Assembly (NCBI GenBank): GCA_030390025.1
Contig: CM059432.1
Span: 122,266,001 to 122,330,000 of the forward strand
From: Squalus acanthias
Lineage: Eukaryota
DNA length: 64,000 bases
Direction of reading: 5' to 3'
Part shown: one piece after another, positions 1 to 13,760 of the stretch
Numbering within the stretch: the first letter of the stretch is position 1
Layout: each line of letters opens with the position of its first letter
Notes under the pieces: model-generated
Told to the model about the DNA's origin: nothing
Database searches by the model: none
What the model saw: the letters and a program-made list of their open reading frames with translations, nothing else
Made by a program: the position numbers and the translations under genes

Positions 1-1238
1 GGTGCCCTTGAAACTTTCTCACCTTGGTCCTCAGAATCCTACCATGATCAGCCCCAACACCAGCATCACCAGGCACACCAACAGCAACACCAACTTTCTC
101 CATAATCAACTGATGTTGCACAGGACACAGGGCATCAGCACCCAACCACATTGCTGCCTGGGAGGCCAGGGATGGCCTCACCATGGCCAGATTTACTTCA
201 CTTGATGCTGTACACCCTGGCTGCCACATGATGTGCCAGATTGGCACCACCCCACACCAACACCATAAAGCATCCCTACAATGCCCAAGCCATTCCTTTC
301 ACACTCATCACCATTGTGGAGGGTAGCGTTATGTCTCACCATTCACTGCAACTCACTAAGCCACTTCCAAAGGTGCACACAAATCTGACCAAGAATGCAA
401 AGTGTTGAAAATAAAGGTTTCAATGTTTGACACCACATTAACAGAAACTTTACATGAACATTGGATAAAACACCCAAGTAGCTACCTTTGTGTGTTGTTA
501 GTTGGTATGATTACACTAGGATGAGGGTGAGTGTGAGGGGTGGCTAGTAAGATGGAGATGTGTTAATGTAGATAGAGAGGGATGGGTGGAGGTGCAAGGT
601 AAGTTGGTGTGAGTAAGGATGTTCCAATGGATGTGCAGGAATAGGGTAGGGAAGGCAGAGTGATGGGGATGTTATGAGAGGCACAGCAGGATGAGGTTGA
701 ATGTGGCTTTGTACTAACGTTTCGTGATCTACTGAGATCATTGAAACGTTTGTGGCACTGCACCCAGGTCCTCCTGACCACATCCCAGCTTGTGCCCTCC
801 TCTGCATTGTACAACCAGGCTGTGTTGATCCCCTGGGGCGGTCTCTTCCGCCCATGAGAAGGGAAGAGGACTTCCCTGTATGCTGTAATTCCCTCCATAA
901 GCATATAGAGGAAGTCATGGGAGAGCCTGGGTGCAGCCGTGCACCTCTGTGCAGTGATTGTCAGTGTTTGCAGCACCTCAATGCTGTAGAACACTGACAG
1001 CACAAATGTCAAAATAAAGTTGGCCATGGTCCCTTTAAGGAAACTGGCTGATGACGCGTCATCAAATGACATCACCAGACCCGCTTCCTCTAATTGGCTG
1101 GGAAACATGCTGGGCGGGCTTAACAAGCCCAATCAAGGAAAATTCATTTTAGAGGCCGGGTTGGAGCCAGCAGCCGGGTCAGGACCCGCCACCGGAGTCG
1201 CCCACCACGGACCCGCCAAGGTTCATAAAATCGTGGCC
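1..1238 (-). mobile_element. PIF/Harbinger-derived non-autonomous element (truncated by window edge) with degenerate Myb/SANT-like ORF
   Basis: Minus-strand peptide RLSHDFLYMLMEGITAYREVLFP...RRTWVQCHKRFNDLSRS (Myb/SANT trihelix-like); end AAAATCGTGGCC; reverse-complement homologue of 13761-15000. Confidence 0.7.
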
Positions 1239-1806
1239 AGAGTAACTAGTTACATACAAAGGCTTATAATATATAATAATAGTGCAAAAATGCTATATGT
1301 TATTTTGAACCTATCTTGCTGTTCTCATCAACTCCCATCTCAACATCAACCCTCGGCTAGCTCCACTCCTGGCCACAGTCGCAGGGATGCCGACATTTCT
1401 ATCCTCTGCCGCAGCAAGTCCACCCCTTTCCCTGGTTCCCCTCCTGCACTCTGTGAATGTATCTGCTCCCATCCTCAGCCCTTACAACATTTCTGCTGGT
1501 CTTAGCCCCAAGAATGCTTTCACCCAGTCCTTACTTCCTCTTGGGCTTTCCATCTTGCTCCATCCTCCACTCCCACTCTGCCAAGCTGCTCTGTACCCTG
1601 TCTTCGTGTTGCAAGTCCCCATCTGACTGCTCCACTCCATGGCCCATGTCCCAGATGGCATATGAGCTACACCCCAGGAGATCTCGTAAGATTATAGAGA
1701 ATAACTAGATACTAAATGAGAATGATTAAAAAAGAAGAATGACACTGAAGGTAATCCCAACGACAAAATAATCAAAGATATTTACGCATTAGCTTTACTG
1801 TAACCG

Positions 1807-2140
1807 ACTACAGCAACTCGCCAAGGCTTCTTCGACAGCACCTCCCAAACTCGCGACCACCTAGATGGACAAGGTCAGCAGGTGAATGGGAACACCACCA
1901 CCTCCAAGTTCCCCTCCAAATCATACGCCATCCTGACTTGCAAATATATCGCCGATCCTTCATCGTCGCTAGGTCAAAATCCTGGAACTCCCTCCCTAAC
2001 AGTACTGTGGGAGTACCTTCACCACACGGATTGCAGCGGTTCAAGAAGGCGGCTCACCACCACCTTCTCAAGGGCAACTAGGGATGGGCAATAAATGCTG
2101 GCCTTGCCAGCAATGCCCACATCCCATAAACAAATAAAAG
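1807..2140 (+). mobile_element. CR1-clade LINE 3' end (family A in this window)
   Basis: Matches 3' part of 58910-60097 (CACCACCTCCAAGTTCCCC...GGGATGGGCAATAAATGCTGGCC, A-rich tail). Confidence 0.8.
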
Positions 2141-3125
2141 AAAACAAAAGAATACAATCTTAAATCTGTCCCTGACACTAAAAATTATGAATAAGTGGCT
2201 GCATCTTCTCTCCCTTTTGATTATGGTTGCAAAACAACACAGCAAAATATCATTAGAAATGAAGATATCCAGGTATCCTTTCACTTACTGCATTATTTGA
2301 CTTTTAAATCTCCTATATTCACTTACTGTTGATGTGTTAGCTGGAAGTATTTTCACAAAGCTTGCTCTTGAGTCATGGCAGGCAGGATACAGTGCACATG
2401 AGGTGAGGCTGACAATTTACTCACATCTGATACAGAATAGCTTGCACTTATCTCAGTGCTAGGTGCTGTACACATAGTCAGTAAACTGGCTATGTTTTAT
2501 GTCAATTACAGAGAAGTTGTTATCTAAGAATTGTTACAAGGTGTATTAGAATGAGGAAGCAGTATTCATTTATCTAACATCTCAGATAGGCACAGGACAG
2601 CAGTAAATGTTGTACACAAATGCTGCGTTGTCCTGTTACGAGACAGATACAGCTCTAAGGTGCTGCATGTGCCTATGTCAGCGTTTATACTCTGTGTGGT
2701 TTTTTTCCAGTCCCTCATCAATTAAAGGGATGCTCCTGAACATTATTTTAACAGCCACTTTCGATCACCTCATAAATTTCCAGAAGGTACAATTTGCATG
2801 AACCGCCAATGCTCGCTTATACTTAGTTGTAGAAATTGGCAGGTTTTATCCCCAATGGCAAGTGGTTTAAATGCTTATGGTACTGGCAGAGACACATACG
2901 TCTCTTGGAGCAATAGACAATAGCGTCCAAATATTTTGGGAGGGTAAAGCATAGATTTTTTTAAATAGGTAGGGAAACAAGTCTCGCTCATTACCCTCAC
3001 TGGGTGTTCCAATGTAACTGAGCCTTTTTCAACCGAATGAGACATTGGAACAGTTGCCCTTCCAATTCCAGGAGCAGAATTTAGTTTTTAGAAAAATTTC
3101 CAAATGCACCCAAAATATATAAATG

Positions 3126-3901
3126 GGCCAGATTTTGCTTAAAAAATAACAACAGCGTCTGAACGATGCACGCAGTTATTAATGTGCAAATCGGTCAGCA
3201 ACTGTTAGCGAGGAAGAGATACCCCGTGAATTGCGAATCACCACAAGTTGCTGGACAATTTGCGGCACTCACCTATTAGCTTCACGAAAACAGCATCTCA
3301 CCCTTAACCTCCCCATAATTTTCACAAAGTTGTTGCGTTTGCACATTAGTTGCCCAATAAACACGCTACAGAAAGCTAAGTCTAGTCATTAACAGCGTAA
3401 GTACCCTTTAAACAACGTGATCATTGTTAATGACTAAAAATCAAGCTCTCTTGCCCAGAAAGTGAACAATTATAATTGTGCAGTCTCATTCCTTCAGGTT
3501 CTGAATTGTTTTAGGAGATTTAAAAAATGTCAAATAAAAAAAAATTCTTACTTTTTCTTTCTGTCTCTTTTTTCTATCTCTCTTAATCCAATATGTCTTT
3601 CCCTCTCTTTGTTTCTCTTTCTGTACCTGATTTGACATTGAATTCACCCACTCTAATTCACCCTCCTCCTCAGTCCTTCCTCTGTTTATTTCTCAATCCT
3701 TTAATCTCATTGGTTAAGGAGATACACTGTTTGTCCCGTTGTTCAGCAAGGTCCCAGATGCCCTGTCGCCCTCACCACGCCGTTATCAGCTCGCACTTCC
3801 AACAACTTTGTGGGCAAAAAATTTTAAAACCTAAACATGCACAAACAAGTCTAACTAACGGGGCACGTCGCGAGATGCCCCGCTGCAGCAAAATCTAGGC
3901 C
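3126..3901. mobile_element. Harbinger-type MITE
   Basis: TIRs GGCCAGATTTTGCT / AGCAAAATCTAGGCC, 3-bp TSD ATG; second diverged copy at ~11750-12457. Confidence 0.7.
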
Positions 3902-4108
3902 ATGTAGATATTTACTTCTATATTTGCACAGACAGAGATGCAGGTAAGGGTGGAATACCACTGCATTGTAGCGCAAAGTAGGATATGGGCTTACACTCAA
4001 AAGTCCCATGTAGAGTTTCTGATCTCAGTCCCTATCTGTTGAGGTTCTGGTCTCAATCCTTACATTCTGAGCTCAATGTTTGAGTGAGAAGTTTTAAGCA
4101 AAGTTCAA

Positions 4109-4274
4109 GGGGTAATTTTCGCCTTCATCACTTGGACTGCAAACTGTCGAAGCGGATCACCCATCTGTTGTGGGAGCCAGACGATTTTCATTTCAATGGA
4201 TGTGAAATTGGGCGAGTTCTATAACAGGTGACAATTGGCTCCACTAGTTTACCGCCCAAGGTGAAAATTACCCC
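4109..4274. mobile_element. Short MITE
   Basis: TIR GGGGTAATTTTCGCCTT vs AAGGTGAAAATTACCCC (16/17 match). Confidence 0.65.
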
Positions 4275-4349
4275 CTCCCCGCCAAATGCTTCACCACAAA
4301 CAGGAAGAAAATATCAGAGGCAGAATTTTCCTTCAACCACTCTCGCACA

Positions 4350-4446
4350 CTACAAAAGGACATCGACCTGAATCGTTAACTCTATTTCTCTCTCCACAGA
4401 CGTTGCCTGACCTGCTGAGTATTTCCAGCATTTTCTGCTTTTATTA
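4350..4446 (+). repeat. Short interspersed repeat (probable Penelope-derived terminus)
   Basis: GTTAACTCT...CAGACGTTGCCTGACCTGCTGAGTATTTCCAGCA; related to 23911-24080 and 25830-25970. Confidence 0.5.
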
Positions 4447-4649
4447 CTCTCGCACACTTCCTTGGCAGCCATTTATGAGCAGCATTCCTAGAGTAGGTTA
4501 GTGATTGATAGGGATTGTGTGTAGTACAGGGTAACCAAGAAAGGGCAAAGAGGGAAAAGGTAGTTCAAATAACTTTAAAAAGAGACTGTGCTGTACAAAA
4601 TGCAGGACAGGTAGCCTGAGTCATGCTTGCGGTCCTGATTGCATTGGTC

Positions 4650-4935
4650 AGTGAGTCAGTAACTAGAGGGCATACATTTAAGATTAAAGAAAACGAGTGG
4701 TTAGGAGATTTTTTTCACACAGCATTGTTGGGACATGGAATGCCCTACCAAACAAATGGTGGAAGTAGAAATCTATAATAGCTTTTAAAAGGTGGGGGGG
4801 GGGGGGTGGGGGCGGTGGATATGATATAAGTATTTGAAAAAGAAAAAGGAAAAGGCTATAGAATGGGACTACGCGGATGGCTCTTTTAGAGAGCTGGCAT
4901 AGTCACAATGGACGATATAGCCTGGTGCTGTGCTA
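4650..4935 (+). mobile_element. Degenerate CR1 3' fragment
   Basis: ACTAGAGGGCAT...TTTTTCACACAG...TGGAATGCCCTACC pattern of CR1 ORF2 end. Confidence 0.5.
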
Positions 4936-5529
4936 TAAAATTCTATGTGCGGAACATTCAACTTCGGAAGTTATGTTCCCCACCCAATTTTCCATTCCAT
5001 GGACTTTTTCTCCTAAATGGCGCACATAAAAATCTAAGGGAGAAAGCAGGTTGCTAAACCCTTTTTTTAAAGAATTACTGTAAGTTAAAAAAAGTGACAT
5101 TGATTGTTCAGGCAGTCTTTCCACAAAGTCACTGAGGTTTCAATGATTTTAATTGTGGAATACAACTGCTTTAAGGCATCAGGGCTCTGTATAAACACAG
5201 TATATGATTAGTCATGCCCTAAGAGTCAATATATAAGGAAGTTTACATGTCAGAGACTTCTTGGGATCAATCTGATATTGCTATCTGTCGCACATTCTAT
5301 AATGCTTGATCTAAATAAGTTAAATGTCCTCAAGACTGTGACATGTTATATTACTTCTGCTTTTCCTGCTTGTATAGATTCATCCATGTTATGCAACAAC
5401 TCCTTTATGAGAGGGCAAATTGGCAATTTACTATCGGGCCTCAACCAGTCACCTTGATATGCATTGGGTGTGGCATCAATTGAATCATTCTTTGATTGTT
5501 CCCCCTTCCCCCCCACTCCTTGCCCATAT

Positions 5530-5905
5530 TACATAGGAACAGGAGTAGGCCATTCAGCCACTCGAGTCTGTTTCACCGTTCAACTAGATCATGGCTGATT
5601 TGTATCTCAACTCCATTTACCCACCTTTTCTCTATATTCCTTGATAACCTGACCGAACAAAAATCTATCAATCTTAATCTTGAAAATGTCAATTGCCCTA
5701 CCTTCCACAGTCTTTTTGGGGAGCGAGATCCAGATTTCCACTATCCTTTCTGTAAAAAGTGCTTCCTGATTTCATTCCTAAATGGCCGAGCTCTAATTTT
5801 ATGATTATACTTCTTGGTTGCCTCCCTGAGGAAATAGTATCTCTGTAGCTATGTACTTCTACTCTTATCAAATCCCTATTAGTTTAAACCTCTTGATTAG
5901 ATACT
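5530..5905 (-). mobile_element. CR1 LINE 3' end (family B)
   Basis: ACATAGGAACAGGAGTAGGCCATTCAGCC...GATCATGGCTGAT is the reverse complement of the tail at 35040-35130. Confidence 0.7.
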
Positions 5906-7507
5906 TCTAGACCTTTCAGTTTTGAATTCTGATGGAGCATTGTAAAGTGATCATTTCTTAACTTGTCTGTTCTCTTTACAGATGCCGATTGACCTCTTGT
6001 ATATTTCAAGCGTTTTCGGATTCTTCCTTCAGATATCAAAAAATTTTCTTTTTAAAATATGTGGAAATGATCACTTGGGTTCCTCTACTGACTCAGTTAG
6101 TTTATCCAATGAACAGCTAAGCCATATGGACCACGGAATTTGCAGAATTGACCTCCCATCTGTCCCGAGTTAATTATCTTATCTAGGATATCAGATAGGA
6201 GCTACAATTGGTCTCAGTGCCCCTAGATTAGAAAAGGGAGCATCGGCCAAGACTGTCATCCCAATTGTCAAACCCTGCTAGGAGTAAGCATATGTGGATA
6301 GCAGATGAGTTCTTCTGTGATGCATGGCCAAACAATCTGCTGATATGCACTGTCGGAGCTTACGCATGAATAATGGCTACTTGGACAAGTTACCTAACGA
6401 CAACTAGTGCCAATGGAACCATACACCAGCAAGAACTCAATCCCTTCAGCGAAGGAGGGGAGCAAAGTAAATTGGCACAGCAAAAGGCAAGAGAAAGAAA
6501 AAGAAATAATCACTTTACAATGCTCCGAAAAAACGGGGCCCCCCAGCAGAACAATGCTTTTACATTGTAAGGTTCATGGAGAGACTACGAGCCATGCCGT
6601 GCACCTCAGCACACACCATTATTCAACTCTCCATGGCACCCTTAAAGCTCCAATGGCATATAGACATATTGGTAGCTGGAAAATCAATAATTTATAAATG
6701 ACGTATGATATGTTGAAAAACCATGTAGGGAAAAGTGAAATGTTCATAATGACAGGCAAAATCAAATCTGTGGGCATATTTATTCTGTGCCAGTAGTTCC
6801 TGCCAATTAGAATTAATATCAGCGTAATTTGTAGCCATTGAGCACAGCTCACCGAAACAACTGATGTTAGCTTTGGAAAGGGTGCTTCCTTATGTGTCGA
6901 ATAATAGATATATGAAAATGATTACACAGCATTAATCTCATCAGATGATTTAGCCAATGTCATAAACCATTACTGGAACCCCAAAACGAGATTACAGCCT
7001 CGCTATTACTCCATGGTATATGTTACCTTCTATAATGTACTGTAAAGTTCATGAGATGGTTTTATTCTGAACTGCGTCCTTCTTTGCTTGAGAGTGGCTC
7101 TCATGATTGATGCTAACTGTTCATATGCTGCATGCCTTTGACATGCGAGGCCCACAGTGAAGGATTAATGATTGTAATGTAATCAGTGCAAGTTTACTGA
7201 ATGATAATCGACTACTGATTGCCTGGAAAGAATACAAGCAGTATGTTGTATACCTGTAACCATACAAATTGTGGTAAATCCTGATAATATGTGGAAGATT
7301 CAAATCTATTCATTCCCTTATGTCAGGCTCTCCTAGTATTAGCAGACCGTGAACATCATCATCATGCAGCAAGGGGACAACTATTGTCAGCTATCATCAA
7401 CAAAGACAGGGATGAAAAAAGTAATAAGAAGCTCACAAACAAACAAGCCAGGATAGGTGATTAAAGCAAAACAACAGTTAACAGGGAGCGAGTGAAAAGG
7501 CTGCAAT

Positions 7508-7772
7508 TGGGGGGCAATTTTAACCCTATTCGCTCAGCAGAAACCTGGCGGGTAAAGAGTTAAAATCGCCCTGGCTCTTACCTGTCCGAAAGCTGCCGTG
7601 ATCACAACATCTGCAATTTTAACCTGCTCTCTTGAGCAGGCAGCAAGAACACACGCCCAGAGCCAACAGGGTCCTTCTTTACACATGCATGTTGCGGCCC
7701 GATGACATCTTTGAGACCCGACTGCAATTTTAACTCAGGCCTGAGCAGGGAATCCACCTGGAGTTAAAATCG
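7508..7772. mobile_element. Harbinger-type MITE
   Basis: GGGGGCAATTTTAAC ... GTTAAAATCGGG termini with internal ATTTTAAC/GTTAAAAT motifs. Confidence 0.5.
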
Positions 7773-9103
7773 GGAAAACATGATACCATTGATATTTAAA
7801 ACCTGTTTGAAATTCGCTCTCATTATTAAGGTTGCTATCTGCTCCTCTTGATAAGATTGCTGCTTTGTAACTCACCCCAATCTGTCCCTGATTCTCTGTG
7901 TTGTAATTCTACGCTGATGCTCGCATGCACTTACAAACATGTTGACAATGCCTCTTGAGACTTCTCTCTTGTCCTGAAAGTGGGTAGGCATCGGTCAAGC
8001 AATTGTAATGGGACAGAGAGAAGCTCTCTCAACACGGAAGCAACTATTTATGAAACAAAGCATATATTATTCAGTAGATTTAAAAATGGAGGCAACATTT
8101 AGGATCTTTTCTTTTTCCATTCATGTTGGTGACATTTTATTCTCATGAAGGTGAAAGATGTTAACACCAAGGAATGGTGCTGTCAGCATCGAGTAGTTGC
8201 ATGTTAAAAACAGCTGCAGAGTGAAACATTTGAGCCCACGCTCTTTCTACTCTCATCCAACCATGTGGCTCAAAGTCAGCTTCAGAAGTACACCTGTACT
8301 GCATCAATGTGACATTTCCATTTTCCACACCATTGTGAATGAGATTTCCAATTTAATGTTATTTTGTGCCAAATTGCAGGCTATTTTGTGCCTTGAACTC
8401 ATACCCACGAGCAACCAATTGGGCCTGCTCAAACTCATTGCACGTAGACCCCTTATAGTCAATGGAGAGAGGAGAATTTAAAGTCATCAGTCTGGGCTGA
8501 CAGGACATTATGATAACCCACTACATTACCTAGTCCTCCTTAAGAGGATTTTGAAAAGCATTCTTGAGCTTTAGAGATCAGCATAGAACAATCAGTCCTG
8601 AGGGTTTCCATGGTAACAAAGCACTATATTCTCAAAAGTGTACATTGGCAGGCATTTTCAGCCCATTGAGAACATTGTCTGGCGTTATAAACAAGTGCTC
8701 CTGAATAGTTAAAAGTGCCGTGATGATTTATTAAAAATGTTAATACCTAATCTTATTTACTTTTAAACTTCACAGGCATTTAATCTGAAACATTGAATTA
8801 TGGAAATAAGGCAGAGCCCTTTCGAGAGGATGTCATGTTCAAAGTCTACTGGCAAGCTGATGTGCACAAATCATTTAGGAAGGGCAGTCATATCGTTGTG
8901 AGCAATAAACTTGACAAGTGGCACAAGGCCACAGGTAAATGTGACAAGTGTTGTCTGATTAGCAATCAAAATTGCATGATACGAATGAATGAACATTGTT
9001 CCACTGAAATTGAGCCACAAGGAGGCCAAGTTTAGATATAATGATAAATTCACCAAACCCTCACTCCCAGATGGTGTGCGATCACTGAATTCAACTTGTA
9101 TTG

Positions 9104-11400
9104 TGTTAGGGACAAAAAAAAATCACACAACTCAGGAAAATGTTGTTTGAGCCTTCACTACACAGCCATGACTCACGATCCGTCTGCATTTACTACCGTA
9201 TAGCTGACTGTCTGTCCAATGAGAAACCAGTCTGCAGTAGCTATATTTTGAGCTCCACAAACAAGCATTACATCTCCCCTTCTTTAAAGTTAAAGACTGG
9301 CATTGAAACTACCTATAAATTGAACTAAAGTTATACAAAAGGCAAACAAATTCACTGTTAACTTAAAAGTCATAGCCCTGTAAAACTATGTTAAATGAAA
9401 GACCATTTTAATACTAAAATAATCAATACACTGTTTGACACGACTCAATAGAGCCAGTTCAGTGAGTGTGCACTCAAGGAGCACACCCTCACATTTTGAA
9501 GTGTGCACCATTGAATTGGATGAGGTTAGCCCCCCTCCCCAGTTGCGTGCATTTCATGGAAGCACATGATCCGGGCTCCATTTTTGCTGAAATCATGGAA
9601 GGAGCTGCAATAAGTTTATCTGGTTTCCGTATTTCTCGTCCAGGTCTCGTCACAGTGACTGGCAGTTCCACAGTTGAGTCGTTATTGTAGGTTTAGTGTT
9701 AGCTGGTGTAAGGAAATCTCTTCAACTCAATTAAATGATTCCTCATGATTCAGGCTCAAGCGTATTGTCCAAATGCAAGTTTATTACTCAGACACCACTC
9801 ATATAATAACTATTACAGTTATACAATGGACTCATACAACCTGATTTCCTGCAGACCCAAGGTGATCAAGCTTGGCCTCCGTAGGTGTTGGACTTCCGAC
9901 CGTCCCGTGAGCTCTAACTCAAGGAGGCTGCTACCTGTTCTTTTGTATCTCTCTTTTGTCATCTGACAAACATGTTCAAAAACCTTCCAGGCATCCTTAA
10001 AGTACCCTCCCCCTTTAATGTGAGTCATATCACATGATGCCCAGAATGTATATTGAAGTGAGGTTCCTTCTCGCCAATCCTCCAGACTTGACATAATAGT
10101 CATCTTGATGGTTTAACTGTTAATCAGTTTAACCGGACATCCAGCCTTAACATTACAAAAGGAACTGGACAACCTAGACAATCCCAGATAGTTAATGTGA
10201 CACTGCTTGGGTGCTTCCATTGTTCAGGGCCAATACCTGATACTCGCACCTCACATGGGATGTAGCCAACATGTCTACTAGTTGCTATTTCCATTGTCCC
10301 AACTAATCTCCAATATTAACCTATCCTAATTGGACAATGGCCTAGAGATATGATGGGACACTGGACACAGAAGCAAGTTCTAACAGCTGGGTGCTGAGAT
10401 TTAATAGAGTCTGATTCAGTACCATGTTGGTTTAATGTAGTTTGTGCTGTGGCAGTTTCTGAGTCAACATCATGTGATAAGTCCTTACTCTCTGGATCAC
10501 TGATTTTCGTAAGGTATCTCCAATTACAATGCAGCTCTGAACCTCTCACTATTTTCATAATATAAGAAGTCGCACGCATCTCCACATCATGACCTTCATA
10601 ATATAAGACCTGGGTGCAAGTTGGCATAGCACAGTTCCTTCTGAGTTACAAACTCAGTTACCAAGTACAGGAAACTCTCTTTTAACCGGCACCCAAATAA
10701 CCGGAAATCTCTCTTAACCGGCAAAATTCTTGAGTAGGTAACCGGGGTTTTCCTTCATCGCTCCTTTAAAAATAACTTTTTAAAAAACCCCGAGGCGTTT
10801 GCCTTGTATCGGAGCATGTAGATTGGGAGGGGAATGTGCAGCCCGGGTAGGCAGCAGACACGACAGATGGTCAGCTGGCGGTCCCCGGGGAGACGGAGCT
10901 CCGAATGCAGGCGCATGTCAGTGTGTACGGGGCTCTCGTATGTTGGGAGATATAACTCTCCGTTATCCGGACTTTTTGATTAACCGGCACCACGCCGGTC
11001 CCGTCAGTGCCGGTTAATAAAGAGTTTCCTGTAATAACAAGAGTAAAGGTTTGGTAAACTGGTCATGAGAAAATCTCATCTTATTCTTCTGGACTCTCTT
11101 AGTTTGGCTAATTTGCTGACTAGAAGAGTTTCCTTAATAAATACTTTGGAGTGGATGCCATGATGCATCAGAAGTTGACCTGGGAAGGTCATTCTCTAAG
11201 ACTGTGCTCCAGTACGCTTGTAAACCCATGCATATATCTTGGCCACAGTTAGTACCCCTGTTAATAATATGCTTGACTGTAGAATTTGTTCAACAAGATC
11301 ATTTCCTTCAGGATATAACAAGGCAGAAGTAGTGTGTGTAAAGTTCCACTCTTTCACAAACTCACGGATTTCCATGCTATATACTGAAGACCTCGTCTGG
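9104..11400 (-). mobile_element. Old, degenerate Ty3/Gypsy LTR retrotransposon remnant (integrase end, PPT, short 3' LTR)
   Basis: Minus-strand SYIMKIVRGSELHCNWRYL (cf. Gypsy IN SY...LRRNRRHL) and VTRPGREIRKPDKL; PPT-like AAAGAAGGGGAGA followed by TGT at ~9272; boundaries approximate. Confidence 0.5.
10668..11031. mobile_element. Tc1/mariner (pogo/Tigger-like) MITE
   Basis: 25-bp TIR CAGGAAACTCTCTTTTAACCGGCAC (23/25 match at right end), TA TSD on both sides. Confidence 0.85.
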
Positions 11401-11749
11401 AGTATAGCTTCTAGAAAATATCAATTTCATTGCTTCAATTACTAATTTATCACTTGAATTTGCCAAAGGGCAGATAAACTTCTTGGTAATTAGAATAATA
11501 ATAATCCACAATAAGCAATTTTTTTATATTCAAAGAGATTTAATTCTCTGTCATGATTATGTAGTAACCGAACATAGATTGAGTGGATCCCATATCTGAT
11601 ACTATTTTCACTAATTTTCACGGGGCTTTCCCGATCATCCACTGTTGCTTTGGCAGAAGATCAGCAGAAGCCTCAGAGAAATGGTGGATTTCTCCAGGGT
11701 TTCCGCCGATCTTCTGCCAAAGTTACAACAGGGGATTAGGGAATCCATC

Positions 11750-12457
11750 CACCTTGCCGTTATTAATGTGCAAATTGGCCAGTAAGTTCAGGGGATTAAG
11801 AAATACACCGTGAATTGCAAATCTCCAGAACTTGCTGGTCGATTTATGCCGCTCTGATGTTTGCTTCGCACAAACAGCATCTCGCCCTTAGCCTCCCCAT
11901 TATTTTTAAGAACTTGTTGGATTTACACATTAAACTCGCTGCAGTAAGTTAAGTGTGGGTGTTAAGAGCATAAGTGCCCTTTTAACATGATAATTGTTAA
12001 TGCAATGCCAATCAACCTCTCTGGCCCAGAAATGAAACAATTGAAACTGTGGAGTCTTATTCCTTCAGGTAGTGAATTATTCTTAGAGATATTTTAAAAA
12101 TTCTAATTTTAAATGTATTTCTTACTTGCTGTCTCCTTTTTCTCACTCTTTTAATCCAATCTTTCTTTCATTCTCTTTATTTATCTTTCTGTACCTGATT
12201 TGACTCTAATTCACCCTATTTCCTTCTCTGTCATTCCTCTGTTTCTTTCCCAATCCTTAAATTTCATTGGTAAAGGAGATACACTGTGGGTCCCATCATT
12301 CACTAAGGTTCCAGATGCACTGTCACCCTCACCACGCCATTATCAGCTCACACTTCCATCAAGTTAGGCGCAAAACTTTTTTGAGCTGAAGGGTGCAGGA
12401 TAAATTCTAACTAATGGCGTAAGCTACGAGATACCCCATTCCAGCAAGACCCAGCCC
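11750..12457. mobile_element. Second copy of the 3126-3901 MITE family
   Basis: Collinear similarity (TTCTTTCTGTACCTGATTTGAC, GGAGATACACTG, TTATCAGCTC) with 3170-3900. Confidence 0.7.
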
Positions 12458-12739
12458 TTTGTGTTTAGAGTCAATGGCACCCACGCTGGAAAGTTCTCTA
12501 CAGGTCAGCCATGTCATCATTCATCTGCTTTCACTTTCTCTGTCCTTTTTTTTACTCTCTTTGACCCTATTTTCTTTCTCTCACTCCATTCTTTTTCCAG
12601 TCTCTCATTTTAATTATTTTTTCCCTCTCTCTGTCCCTGCTCTCTGTCAAATCTTTCTCTCAATGGGGGTAATTTTGACTTGGGGGATAGTGTAAACCAG
12701 GCAATGCCCATTATACACCTGTCCTGGATCTTGCCAGTC

Positions 12740-12960
12740 CAGCCACACCTCAAATTCAAAATGCTCATCCTTGTGTTCAAATCCCTCCCTATCTCCCCTA
12801 TCTGTAACCTCCTCCAGCCCTACAACCCTCCGTTACTCCGGTTCAGGCCTCTTGTGCATTCCCAACTTCCTTCACCCCACCATTGGCGGATGTGCCTTCA
12901 GCTGTCTAGGCCCCAAGCTCTGGAATTCCCTCCCTAAACCTATCCCCCTCTCTACCTCCT
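12740..12960 (+). mobile_element. L2-clade LINE 3' fragment
   Basis: FKMLILVFKSL, GGCAFSCLGPKLWNSLP; homologous to 27385-27720. Confidence 0.7.
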
Positions 12961-13009
12961 TTCTGGCAGTATTCTCTGACTATATATGCTGTGCCTATAT
13001 GCATCTCTT

Positions 13010-13115
13010 CACTTCACCTGACGAAGGAGCAGCGCTCCGAAAGCTTGTGATTTCAAATAAAGCTGTTGGACTATAACCTGGTGTTGTGCGACTTCTCACA
13101 TTTGTCCACCCCAGT
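13010..13115 (+). mobile_element. Penelope-like element terminal fragment with minimal hammerhead ribozyme motif
   Basis: TCAC-CTGACGA-A-GGAGC-AGC-GCTCC-GAAA-GCTT-GTGA, then AATAAA and GTTGGACTATAACCTGGTGTTGTG. Confidence 0.65.
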
Positions 13116-13760
13116 CTCCACATCATCTTTTCTTTTAAGCTGCTCCTTAAAATTGGTGGTACCACAAAATGGGTGACAGCGAGTCGGCAGCTCGTTTTAC
13201 ACCCCGCCCGATTTTGTTTATCATTGACTGCAATAGAATAAGAAATCGAGTGGGTGTATAACAGGCCGCCGACTCATTATGACCCATGTTGCTCTACTGC
13301 CAAAGACCACTTTCACCTCATCAGTTGCAATACCAGAGGAATCAGCCATCTCAGGAATCTGTATTCTCTTAAACCACATCGTTTTGATACAAAGGAGGTC
13401 ATTGAACACATTCCAGAACACATTGGACCTTTAATATTATAATGGTCTTTATTTTATATCCCCAGCTAGTGGAGGGGACGGGGGCTTAGCTAAACAGGCA
13501 ATGTAGTTGGAGTTGTAGTTGTCATACCTCTCACACCAAAGCGGGAGGGTTCCCAGTCAAGGCAGTAGCTTTGATTGGCAGCTCTGGGAATTAATCCTCA
13601 ATATACAGAGCTCAAGGAGGGGTCAGAGGTCAGCTTTGTCTTGCTGTCGTTCTCTGGAAAATGCAGTCCGTTGCTTGAGTCTGGATCATCGAGGGAGGCA
13701 GACAGCTCTCCCTTTCTAAGGTTACTGCCAGTTATTGTGGGGATTGTGAACTGGTAAGTA

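Noticed and set aside
8776..8933. AG...GT bounded plus-strand coding exon
   Set aside because: All three frames hit a stop near the acceptor; no recognisable protein; could only be UTR/non-coding
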